DNA from: Reclinomonas americana ATCC 50394
Taxonomy: Eukaryota
Length of the DNA stretch: 36,148 nucleotides
Direction: 5' to 3'
NCBI GenBank assembly: GCA_048213135.1
Contig: PS015290.1
Span: forward strand, 52,846 to 88,993
The translations under genes and the position numbers were made by a program. Positions 22,505 to 34,200 of the stretch are shown here, one piece after another. Position 1 is the stretch's first letter; each line of letters opens with the position of its first letter. The notes beneath the pieces are model-generated. The model worked only from the letters and a program-made list of their open reading frames with translations, was not told the DNA's origin and searched no databases.

Positions 22505-25500
22505 AGCAACGGAGAGGTAATCGTTGACGATCACATCACGAAAATGCCGCCGCACTGTACTCAACCGCGGTATGCAGGGACGAGAGAATGCTGGTGCTGG
22601 CGAGGTGTACACGGTGTTTGACGACAAGAGTGTGTACCTGAAGCCGTCGCCGTGGACTCTGTCGCCCTCGATGACGCCGCGCATCGCCAATGATCAGGAG
22701 GTACGTCACGGTGCCTGTGCTATTTTCCTTCCCCGCCTTTTCTCACTTGCTTCTGTCCCACACAGCGCCAAGTGGTGCGGTTGCGTGAGAGCCGGTACAT
22801 TGACCCCATGCTGCGATCCATGTCGTCGTTGCTGGATGTGGCCGACTTGCAGGTACCTTGTTTGTGTGTGTGTCTGTTATCCTGCGGAGCATAACACCGT
22901 GAAACCCGCAACGCAGACGGTGACCAAGAAGCTGAGTGACTTGATGGAGTCGCACCACACGCGAGCATTTGTGCGTCGCCGCGGACGCGGTGCGGAGGTT
23001 GTTTCGCAACTGGCCGAGCAGAAGGGCCGTGACTTTGGCGAGCAGTATGCAGGTATGTTGAGAACACCAAGTTGACAGTCTCCAGATGGTATTATCTCAC
23101 GGCTGGCCGCACAGCTCAAACCGAGGACGCTGCGCTCACCAAGCCGCGTGTCTTGTCCATGTATTACATGCGTTACATTCGCACACGCGAGTGCAAACGC
23201 CGACTGTTGTCGCTGCTCAACTACTTCCGGAGTGTGGAGAAACGACTCTTGCGCGACAGCCAGTCAACCATGTCACAGAAGAAGTTGCGCAGCCACTGTC
23301 GCCGCGTACTTGGATGCCACGCGTTGTATTTAACCTGCGCTACGTTGCACCCACGCAGGGGCGCATCATCTTCCACAGCGGGATTCGAGCAAGACCTCGG
23401 TGCGTACACATCGGGCTTACGATTCCGCCCCTTCACTCCTTCGCTCACTCACTGTCTACCCTCCTCAGTCGGCATCATGCAAGACGAACAGGGTGCGAGT
23501 GGCAAGAATGCACAGTCACGACTGCGATCCAACGACACCAGCTGCGACATGTACACGACAAATGCGGACGACAGCAGCATCCAAATCAGCGACAACAACG
23601 ACGTGTTTATCATGTACGAGGCGGCGCTGGAGGACATGTCCAGGCTGGAAGACGAGCTGCTGAATGTTGGCAGCCTGTACATCAAGGCCCGCTCGGACGC
23701 ACTCGAGCGTGACGACGAGTTGAAGGCCGATTGCATCGAGGTGCGCCTGCTGCGAGTCCATTACTTTTCTCCGCTTCGCGTGCTCACTCTCTTCACTCTG
23801 TTCACACACACAAGATGGATCGCATGCGGGTGCTGGAGGACATTTACCACTTTGAGTTTGACTTTTCTGAGGCGAAGCGACGCCTGCTGGATTCGTACCT
23901 GGAGGCGTACGAGCATGTGGAGAGCCTGGCTGACCAGAGCAGCCTGGCACAAATCGTGAGCACGTCGTGGTGTATTGGGTGATGTGTGTGTGTTGCGAAT
24001 GGTGTTGCCTCACTCATTGTGTCGCGGTGTAGATTCTCGACATTGTTGCCCTGCGTCCGCGGTACGACCTGCAATCCGAGTACTTCCACACCAGCTACCA
24101 GACGCACATTACTGCGCTGGAGTTCCATCACAAGTTGCGGCGCAGAGGAATGAGCGTGGCACCATTTCGCGCAACAGTACTCATCCGTGGTGACTCGTAG
24201 GCTGTTGCGCGCTATCATTGCGCAGCAAATTGCAGAGGAGAATCGCCTGGCCGTCGCCATTAACCAGCAGCTGACAAAGCAGGCTGATGAGCGGTGCGCA
24301 AGCGTCTCGCTCTATCACATTGATTGTTCCTTGGCTCATTGAATTTTGCTCGCAGTGACCGCAAGTCGGAGCGCATGTGCCGCCCACGTCTCAAGGGGCA
24401 ATCGCTCCCGTTCACGCTGCTCCCCGACACCACTAGAGTTGGCCTGTTCGACTTTTACCAGACGCTGGGTGTCGTTGCGTCGTGGAACGACAAAATGAGG
24501 AGATCCGTGTGTGGTGTACATGCACTCACCAACTCGCGCTGCAGGTGCAACACTTGCCGGCGATCCTGAACACGGTCTCCGCCGAGATTGTCACTGACTT
24601 CCAGTTGGAGCGCCCTCTGGCCATCTCCACCGTGCAAGCCGTGTTGTTTGAGTGCGCGTTGGCCGAGTGGCGCTACGTGACGCAGGAGGAGCACACGCAC
24701 AAGCGCACAAGCATGCCCAAGGACAGCGTGCCGCTGGTGAGTCTCAGCCGCCCGCCAAACGAGTGCATAGATGCCAACTTCTCACAAATGTGCATTCAGA
24801 GGCTGGCAGCATCGCCATTCCTGCGCGACGGCATGAGCATGGAATCACTGGCAAAGCATGGCGCCTCACAGGTTTGGCCAGTGGAGATGCCGTCGTTTTG
24901 TGTTGCTCGTGACGATACTCACGCAACCGAGCCGTGCACACACAGATGGAAATCGTATTTGCGCGCAAGCTGCAGTCCGTCGACACGTCCTCGGGCTTCC
25001 CAGTCAGCGATGGTGGCTTCTCGCTCAAGGTGCGTGTCTGTTGCGCCATGTTGGTGCGTGCTCTTGGCTCACTGTTCGTATATGTCTCCAGAATCCACCG
25101 CGCGCCGCTGCATTCCAGGCCTACAGCAATGTGCTTGAGCTGCTGCTCTTGCAGTACAACACACTCGACTCTCTCCTCGAATCCGGTACGTGTTTGCGCA
25201 CAGTCTCTTGCCACGTGCTTGTCTGACTGTGTGCTGTCTACAGAGATCCTCATGAACACGTACAAGGCGCAAGCGTTGCCGGCCGGTCGTGCGCTCATGT
25301 CGTTACACTTGCCGCCGATTCCGTTTGGCGCACCGCTGGGTCACGAGTCCGTCGAAGAGGTGATGTGTGGCGGCCGTCATCGTCCTGTTATTGTTGTTGT
25401 GACGCTGGAATCTGACGTGACTGTACGCGACGCAGGTGGAAGAGCCGGTCTCCGCGGAGCTGGCCGATTTTGTACACGAGCCGTTGTGCATGTTGCACGT

Positions 25501-28500
25501 GCAGGAGTTCGACCCGGAGATGCTCGGCACGGATTTGGGCTCGCTGGACGATCTTGTGCATGCGGTGCAAGCGGGACCCAGCGCTTTCCGTCGAGTGTGT
25601 CGCCTCGAAATCGCCAACAAGAACCTCATTCTCAGTGCCGTCCGCTTCAACTTTTTGTCGCTGGACATGTTTGTGTGCCAGTACCGCAACGCCGAGATCG
25701 TCAGTCGACCTGTCCCGCGACCTGAGGGTGCGATGGCTGTGTGTGTACGCCGCCCTTCACATGACAAATTCGCAAACTCACCTTTTTTTTTCGTCGTCAG
25801 GTCCTGTCATTGACGACATGTCGGTATTGCAAGTCACCGAAACCGAACTCGAGGACGCCATTGCTCGGCTGCAGAACAACTTTTTCAGCCTGACTGTGCT
25901 CCGCCTCAACGCACGCCGGCAAGTACACAATGAATTCCGCCGCCGGTCCCAGCAGATCAAGTCGTCGGCGTTGACACCAGACGACGCCAGCGCTGGCCTG
26001 TACGATCTCAAGGTGCGAATATGTATATGTGTGTGTGCGCGCCTGTGTTGCTCCGTGCAACGATTTCTCATCACATGGACCACTGCAGGTTGAGCTGCTC
26101 GATCTGTACATTCGGACTCTGCTGGAGGAGTGCGCGCCGATGTTCCTCAAGATGCAGTCGGCCATGGTTGCCGATCGCATGCGTCTGCTGTTGAGGAACA
26201 GCCCGTCAAGCATCGCCAACTTCCGGGTCAGCCGCAATCGACTGGGTGCGCGCGCACGCAGTCTGTACGACGCTGGCGGTCCGTGTTTTCCTCACCGCGT
26301 TTTTTTGTGTTTGCTTGTTCCGCAGGCGACCCGCCACCTGAGGATCACACCGGTGCCTCGATGCTGACCATCGATGGTCTCGTGGCCAATGTGTGGCTGC
26401 TGCCGTCGCGCATCGATGTCGTGGAAATGTTCAAGTTGCGCCGTGTTTTTTATGTCTGTCACAGACGCCTCCGTGTACTCATGCGTGTGTTTGGCGTGCA
26501 GTGAACATGGACCAGACATCCAGCGCGCTGAGCTGAAGCACGTGGTGGAGATTCAACAGAGCCTGCACAACATTGTGCTGCTGCTGGTGGTGACCAATAA
26601 GCTGCAGGTGTGTAGACACACATGCATGCCGCCACATGTCGCTGTCGTCACTCACCATCCGTGTTTGCGTAACAGGCGTCGGCAACGGACAGCTTCTTGC
26701 ACTCGAGTGCAGCAGATGGCGTGGCGCACAGCCTGCAGAAATTGCGCAACGAACTCGGTGCGACATGACTCTCCACTAATTATTTGACAGAGTGTTGTGG
26801 CTTGGACTCATTCATTCTGTTCCGCCTCGCAGAGCACGTGCAAGAGCCGCTGAGTCCACTCTGTGTGACGGCCTTCCTGCGCGCCAAGTACCGCTTCATG
26901 TACCTCAAGTTTGTGCTGACGCTGCGCAGCTTGCTGGATGTGATGTTGACCAAGGTACTGCGTGGCAAGGGCAGTTGGTTGTACACAGGTTTCGGCTTCT
27001 CACTCGCTGGTGCTCTGCAGGGCAATGTGGCGGCCGCCAAGCAAGTTCAGAGCCTCCTGCAAGAACTCATCTCGCCAACAGTTCCTCGGCGCGTTATCCC
27101 CTATCACGTGCCAGAACTTAAGGTCTGTGTGCTCTCCTGCCGCCTTGAGTGTGATGCGTGCACACTGGTGCTGAAACGTGCGCACACGTGTGGCAGACCA
27201 TGCACGAGCTCGAACCCAAGTTTATTGTCGACTTCCGCCTGCTGGACACGTATGCGGTGCCGTTCTTTGGCGCCCGTGTCGACACTCCGCTCCGCCTGCT
27301 GATTGGCTGCCTGCCGCACTTGGCCGAGAGCGACCGTAACTACTTTTCGGCGGAGGAGATGGCTGTTGCGTCGTCACTTGAGTACTTGTCTTACCGCCAC
27401 ATTCGCTCATGCGTGTTGAACGGCACAGCTGGACTCGCTGCTGGAGACATTCCTCTCCGAGGAGAAGATCTATGCCATCAGCCAGTCGGAGCAGGCCGTG
27501 GATCGGCTGACGCAGTTCCTCTCGGTCTCCATCACCATGGGCCAGCTGCGTGCACAGTACATGAGCCGCATGGCCGCCGTCATGCCTCCCTCGGTTTGTC
27601 TCCCGCGTCTTTGCTTTCGTTCCTTGTTATGCGTGCTGACGCGAGAATCGAACTGGTGTCGCAGGACGACAGCAATCGTCTTGTGCAACTGCACCAGGCC
27701 TACAAGTCGAGCATACTACCACGCTCTCGCGCGCTGTTTGAGAAATTCCGTGGCCAGAAGAGTGACGACTTTTATACGAGTTGCGTTGCGAATGACGTGC
27801 CACCAATCGCATCACCCTGTTGCGCTGACAACGAAAACGCAGCGCACGAGTGCCTGCAGAAAATCATCTTGCGCAAGACGCTGACCGAGTGGGTGAGTGC
27901 GGGAACGCCCGTGCATGCGCTCGAATGCACAAGAGTTGCTCAAAACAATGTGGGGTGCAGGTGCTTCGTCTCGGACAAGTGATTATTCTACAGCAGGAGC
28001 TCAACAAGCTGATGATTGTGGACTCGTCGGACGAAATTCGTTCCATGTACTCGGTGCTCTCGTCGGAAATCGACCGCGCGGCCAAGGCGACGCCCGTGGA
28101 CGATAGTGCGTGTGCATGTGCATGTCTTATAACAGCCTTTCTCGGCGTGCTGACCATGTCTGATCGATCGCAGCTGTCAGTGAGGACGGCACGCCCAGCG
28201 TGCAAGGCGCATCGCGAACTGGACCGCAATCCACCGGGGTGTGTAGCACTCATGTGCACACAGACACACTGCCGCCGCCTCGCTCCACTCACGTGCAAAT
28301 ACTCTCCCCTTCAGGGTCGTGCCACGCCGCCGACGTCGGCCGAGGAAGATGCAGCGGCGGCGAAACTGACGATCGTACGCCAGTTCCTTGTGCAGCTAAC
28401 AGTTTCGTTGTTGTGTCGCGTGTGGCAAGGGGGGGAAAGGCACTGAATGATTGCGCAGGGCAATCTGTCACGAGTCAATCTGCCGAGTGGCGAAAGCTTC

Positions 28501-28842
28501 CACGTTTCCGAGCGACACCTGCGCTCATGTGTATCCTTTTTTGCCAACCTTCCTTGTTGTTGATTGCTCGCCAGTTGGTAATTTGTCTGGTTCTCCTTGA
28601 CTTTACGCGTGCGCTTGCTCGACAGATTCGACAACTGGCCAGTCGTCTGTCGGTGTGGGAGACGGCGCAGGTACATACCTCTTCTTCTCTGTGGCGGAAC
28701 GTGCTCTTCCTAATGTCTTCACACGCAGACTGCCGAAAAGGATGTCACTCTGCAGCGGGCACTCGACAACATGAATGCCGACTTGCATCGGTTGGAGAAG
28801 AAGTTGGCTGTGGTCACTCTCCATCAGGCTGAAGACGAGGAG
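22505..28842 (+). CDS. CCDC162: Large CCDC162/DUF4549-like protein, at least 33 introns, both ends in gaps
   Basis: Phase-consistent chain of exons separated by 47-95-nt introns. The motifs LLSLLNYFRSVEKRL, FIMYEAALEDM..LEDELL.VGS.YI, DR..VLEDIY..E..F.EAKRRLLDSYLEAYEHV and LAQII.DIVA.RPRYDL...YF match CCDC162 as I recall it. Confidence 0.7.
28531..28625 (+). other. U12-type (minor spliceosome) GT-AG intron in the CCDC162-like gene
   Basis: Donor GTATCCTTTT at 28531, branch TCCTTGAC at 28594-28601 and acceptor CAG ending at 28625. Removal joins SERHLRSC|IRQLASRL in frame. Confidence 0.75.
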
Positions 28843-28947
28843 GTGAGGAGCGGCTTTGCGTGTCGCGAGCATGGAGTGGCACTCACCACCAGNNNNNNNN
28901 NNNNNNNNNNNNNNNNNNNNNNNNNNNNNNNNNNNNNNNNNNNNNNN

Positions 28948-30183
28948 TGCTCCTCTCCACCCTCCTCCTGTTCCTCCTGCTCCTCCTGCTGCTCTTGCTC
29001 CACCGCAGCAGCCGCCGCCGCCTTCACAGCGGCAGCCGAGGGCGACCGAATCTGCTCCGACACGGCCGGGTCACTGAGCTGCGTCAACGACTGCTCCACG
29101 TGCAGCAACTCAGCATCCCACTTTTGCCGCGTGGCATCCAGCGCACGAGCGTGCTGCATCTTCAGCTCGGTCCACTCGCGTTCACGGTCCCCCAACACCG
29201 CCTGCATTCACATGAGCCGCGAAAGAGACAAGACAAGAGAAAGAGAAAGAAATGACCTCGCGCTTCCGCTGCTCCAAGTCGCCACTCGTGTGCCTGCTCT
29301 GCTCTCGCTGCCGCTCCCAATCGGCGGCCTTTTGCAGAATACCCTTGGACAAGTCATGCAGCGCACTGACGCTGACCTCCACCTGCGTGATCCACTGCGA
29401 CGCGCTCTCTGCGTGCGCCTCCACTGCCGCTCGCAAATCGCCCACGGCATCACTCAGCAGCGGAAGTCGCGCAAAGTACTCGTCATCGCGACGAAGCTGC
29501 ACGTGAAGGAGTCAGAAACAGAGAGAGCAAGAGAGGCAGGGGAGAGGCAGGGGAGAGAGAGAGACCTCGTGCTCTCGCAGGATCTGCTTTGCCTCGAAAT
29601 CGGCGTGGTCTGAGAAGTTGAGTGCAAATGCCAGCAGGTGCCCCGCGTCTGTAACAGGAGAGAGGAGAGAGAGAGTGAGTGAGTGTGAGAGAGTGAAGGG
29701 AGGGAAGGGAGGGAAGGGAGGGAAGGGAGGGAAGGGAGGGAAGGGAATGAGTGAGTGAGTGAGTGAGTGAGTGAGTGAGTGAGTGAGTGAGTGAGTGAGT
29801 GAGTGAGTGAGAGAGAGTGAGTGAGCGAGTGAGTGAGTGAGAGAGTGTGTGAGTGAGTGAGTGAAAGAGAGAGAGAGGGAGAGAGTGACTGAGTGACTGA
29901 GTGAGTGAGTGAGGGTGAGTGAGAGAGAGAGAGGGAGGGAGGGAAGAGTGAGTGTGTGTGAGTGAGTGAATGAGTGAGTGTGTGTGCGTGTTGTCTATGA
30001 GAGAGAGAGTGTGTGTGTGTGTGTGTTTGTGAGTGAGAGAGTACGTTTGGCCGAGTCCTGCAATGACACACTCAGTGTCTCCAGAGGCACATACTCCACG
30101 ACATTGCCCGACGGCACTGCAGGCGATGACGCAGAGGAGGACGAGGAGGAAGCAGAGCTACTCAATGGCACAGCGGGCAACAT
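28948..30183 (-). CDS. BLOC1S5: BLOC-1 subunit 5 (muted)-like coiled-coil protein (3' end in a gap)
   Basis: Exons 30045-30183, 29566-29648, 29257-29496 and 29201 to the gap. HAGHLLAFALNFSDHADFEAKQILREHELRR aligns without gaps to the muted motif DLGEIHSRLLDHRPVIQGETRYFVKEFEEKR (recalled from memory). Intron 1 is a GAGT/GA-rich expansion. Confidence 0.55.
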
Positions 30184-30239
30184 CACACAAACAAAAGAGA
30201 CAAACACGCGCGCGAGTGTCTGTCTCTCATCTCACTCAC

Positions 30240-31155
30240 ATGCGCGTCTGCGTGCTCGTTGTTGCTCTTCTTGTGTGCGCTGTGTGCGTCACCGACGCAC
30301 TGCGCATCATGTCATACAACATCCGCTCCGGCTCCGACATCAACAACGCCTACAACATTACGCGCACAGGCGAGCAGGTGCGCCACTTAGGTGCCTCTCT
30401 GGTCGGCCTGCAAGAGGTCGACCAGTTGACCGCGCGACACGCAGGCGACGATCAACCGGCGATCTTGTCGCGTGTGTCGGGCCTTGCGCATGTGGCGTAC
30501 GGGCGAATGCGCGACTTTGAGGGCGGCGGATATGGCGTTGCGGTGTTGTCGGCGTTTCCGATTCTCGAACAACGTGTGTTTCATTACGCCCCGCCTGGCG
30601 GCAAACCAACTACGGTAAGCCATACATGACCAGCTAGCGTTTACATAACACGACAAAAGACGACTGATTTGTGTGCAGCCGGCGCAGTGTGCGGTGCCGG
30701 TGAGCAATGATTTCTGTCAGGGTGTTGTGGCGGTGCGCGTGCAGCCGGATGAGTTTGGTGGGCGTGACTTGTGGTTTGCGACGACGCATTTGGGGCTGGG
30801 CGGTGGCCAGTTCAATGAGACGGTGCAGTTGGTGGAGATGGTGCGCTCGTTGAGTGCCGACGGGAGTGTGCCGGTGGTGGTCACGGGCGATTTCAATAGT
30901 GTGCCCTCGGATGCCGACATTGCGGAGGTGATGAGCCGGGAGATGATTGATGTGTGGACGCAGTGTGGTGATGGCTCGGCGGGCTACACCTTCAACTCGG
31001 CCGTGCCGTCGGAGCGCATCGATTTCCACTTTATGGCGCGGAGCGGAAAAATGCGTGGTGATCCTGCTCGAGGTCTCGTGTGCTCCGGCGCCAAGGTGCC
31101 TGTCACGGAGGTCTCTGATCATCGGCCGGTGATTGCCGAGTACACGCTGCAATGA
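30240..31155 (+). CDS. Secreted endonuclease/exonuclease/phosphatase (EEP) family metal-dependent hydrolase, bacterial YbhP/ElsH-like
   Basis: Signal peptide followed by IMSYNI, GLQEVD, YGVAVLS.FPI, TTHLG, GDFN, RIDF and SDHRPV motifs. Exons 30240-30614 and 30679-31155. Confidence 0.9.
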
Positions 31156-31224
31156 ACAACGCTTTTGTATTCCACTGAAGAAGGGGAGAGGAAAGAGAGC
31201 AAAAAAAAATTGAGGGTCAATTGC

Positions 31225-34200
31225 TCAAGCCGTGGCGTTCTCCGTCAGTTGCGTGTCACTCTCATGCAACAGGTGCAGCCGCAGCATGCGCACGCCGCGA
31301 CCCGGCACCGTCAGCGTGATGCTGTCGTTGAAGGAGCCGAGATCGACGCGCGCCCACAAATCGCGCACCAGATATGTGTGACCGCCAGACGGCACCAGCA
31401 CATTGTAGTTTAGCGTGAGGCTCACGGGACTCGAGTTCTGCGAGTCAGAGTGGCAGGGGCATGAGACGGGGGTTAAAGAGGAGAGATTCTTTTGGGAAAG
31501 GGGTCACCTTGTTGAACAAGACCACGGCGTGCTGACCGTCGACCAATTGCTGTGCTCGGAGTGCGAGAGTGAGACACGGGGGGGAAAGGCGGAGGGTGGA
31601 GAGCACGGTGCACCTTGGACCAGATCTGCGTCGAGCCGTTGTCCACACGAATGTCACCGGCAACGCCGAGCTTGTCTTGGTTGATGGCAATCACCTGTTG
31701 AGAAACACCGAGAGAGGGGAAGGAGGGGTAAGAGAGAAGGAAGAGAGGGGGAAAGTGAGGGAAAGAGGGGAAGAGCAAAGGGGGAAGGAAAGAAAGAAGG
31801 GAAGGAAGGAGAAGGAGGGGTAAGAGAGGGGGAAAGGGGGAAGGAGGGGGAAGGAGGGGGAAGGAGGAGAAGAAGGTGGAGGAGAAGGGAGAGAGGGGGA
31901 AAGAGGGGGAAAGAGGGGGAAAGAGGGGGAGAGAAGGGAAGAGCAAAGTGTGAGAAACACATGAGAGAAAAAGAGCGCTACGACAGTACCTCGGGATTGG
32001 TGAGCACGAGGGTCGTGTTGCTGCGCGGATCCATGTTGACAACATCGTTGCCCTGCAAGCGTGCGACTGTAAATCAGCAGAGGAAAACATGAGCTGCTAA
32101 AGGAAGAGCAGGGGCGACGCAACGGCCAACAGCGGGGCATTCATCAGTGACCACAGCGACATGTGCGCCTGGGCAGCTGCAGGTGAAAGAGTGTGTCAGA
32201 GGAGACTTGCAGAGTAGTGCGATGGTACTCTTACTCGCCGGTCATGTTGCGATCGCCAAAGTCGCCGTTGCCAACCTGCACAGGATGTGAGTATGAAGCG
32301 TGCAGGAGAATAGCAACGAGAAGGCTCACCTCCAACATGTCGGGGTCGTTCCAGCCACCAGGGCCTGTCGCAGGGATGGAGAAGGGTGAGGGAAGGAGAG
32401 GAAGAGGGGGAAGAGAGGGGGAAGAGAGGGGGAAGGGAAGGGGGTGGAGAGGGGAAGAGAGGGGAAGAGAAGGGAAGAGAGGGGTAAGAGAGGGGGGTGA
32501 GGAGGGGGAAGAAAAGTGGAGGAGAGGGGGAAGNNNNNNNNNNNNNNNNNNNNNNNNNNNNNNNNNNNNNNNNNNNNNNNNNNNNNNNNNNNNNNNNNNN
32601 NNNNNNNNNNNNNNNNNNNNNNNNNNNNNNNNNNNNNNNNNNNNNNNNNNNNNNNNNNNNNNNNNNNNNNNNNNNNNNNNNNNNNNNNNNNNNNNNNNNN
32701 NNNNNNNNNNNNNNNNNNNNNNNNNNNNNNNNNNNNNNNNNNNNNNNNNNNNNNNNNNNNNNNNNNNNNNNNNNNNNNNNNNNNNNNNNNNNNNNNNNNN
32801 NNNNNNNNNNNNNNNNNNNNNNNNNNNNNNNNNNNNNNNNNNNNNNNNNNNNNNNNNNNNNNNNNNNNNNNNNNNNNNNNNNNNNNNNNNNNNNNNNNNN
32901 NNNNNNNNNNNNNNNNNNNNNNNNNNNNNNNNNNNNNNNNNNNNNNNNNNNNNNNNNNNNNNNNNNNNNNNNNNNNNNNNNNNNNNNNNNNNNNNNNNNN
33001 NNNNNNNNNNNNNNNNNNNNNNNNNNNNNNNNNNNNNNNNNNNNNNNNNNNNNNNNNNNNNNNNNNNNNNNNNNNNNNNNNNNNNNNNNNNNNNNNNNNN
33101 NNNNNNNNNNNNNNNNNNNNNNNNNNNNNNNNNNNNNNNNNNNNNNNNNNNNNNNAGGGGGAAGAGAGGGGGAAGAGAGGGGGAAAGAGGGAAGGGAGGT
33201 TCGAGATCAGAACAAGATAGAGGAAGGGGAAAGGAGAGCGAGAAGAGACTGAAGTAAGGAGGGGGAAGGGGAGAGAGAGAGAGAGAGGAAGGGGAGGGGA
33301 GGATGGAGAGTGACAGCACACACACAATACATATTGGCGAGCTCACCAGCGTACTTGCTGAGTCCACGCATGGAGTCGACAATCTGCAAATACATGACTT
33401 ACGTACTCCACACAACGAGAGAAAGTTAGCAGCGAAAGAGTCCCGCACCTGCACCATGCGGTCCCAGCTGTGAACGAGGCGTGAGTCATTACGCACACGC
33501 TTGTAAACTGGCACGCAAAACACGAACGCACCTGGCGTTGATGTCGCCAGTCGTGCGCCACGAGTTGCCTGTCGGAAAACCTTGAGCACCGAGACGCACA
33601 AAAGTGAACGGATGGCACAATCAACTCACCAACAGGCATCGCCCACGACCTGGTGGCAACGGAGAGAATGAATAAGCAAAAAGACGAGTAACAGGAAACT
33701 GTGGTTTTACGTCTCACCATGGCTGGTCGACACCTGTGCATCGTACAAGCAGTCAGACAGAAGGCTTCACAGTGACTTTCATCGCACATTCCACTCACCC
33801 CACTCGCACATCGAGAAGAAAATCGGACGACCACTGGCCAGCAGCGCGTCACGAATCTACGCGTGGCACAATGTTACACACACACGCACACATGTGCAAA
33901 CACACCACCGACAGTCGACACACCTTGGGATAGCGGTCACGCGGAGTCATGCCGTCCGTGTAGCACCCTGCCACAGCCACAACAAGGTCAGCAAAACGGC
34001 TTCTCCGCTCACCTGCGCTCTCCACAAGCGCAACGCAACAGTCGACCTTCAGGTAATCGACACCCTGCACGACAACAGGTGAGCGACGAGTGCAAAGCAG
34101 GCAACACCACGCACGCACAACACACCATGCCCGCAAACGTGTTGGCGTCCTTGGTCTCGTAGCCGTAGATGCCCGGTCGGCCCTGGCACGTCTTGTAGCC

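Noticed and set aside
4248-34039. Non-GT intron starts (AG|TTGCG) as an alternative reading of the GTTGCG donors
   Set aside because: Moving the donor by 1 nt forces the acceptor off its AG, and the resulting 3' ends are inconsistent. GT-AG boundaries fit all 11 cases.
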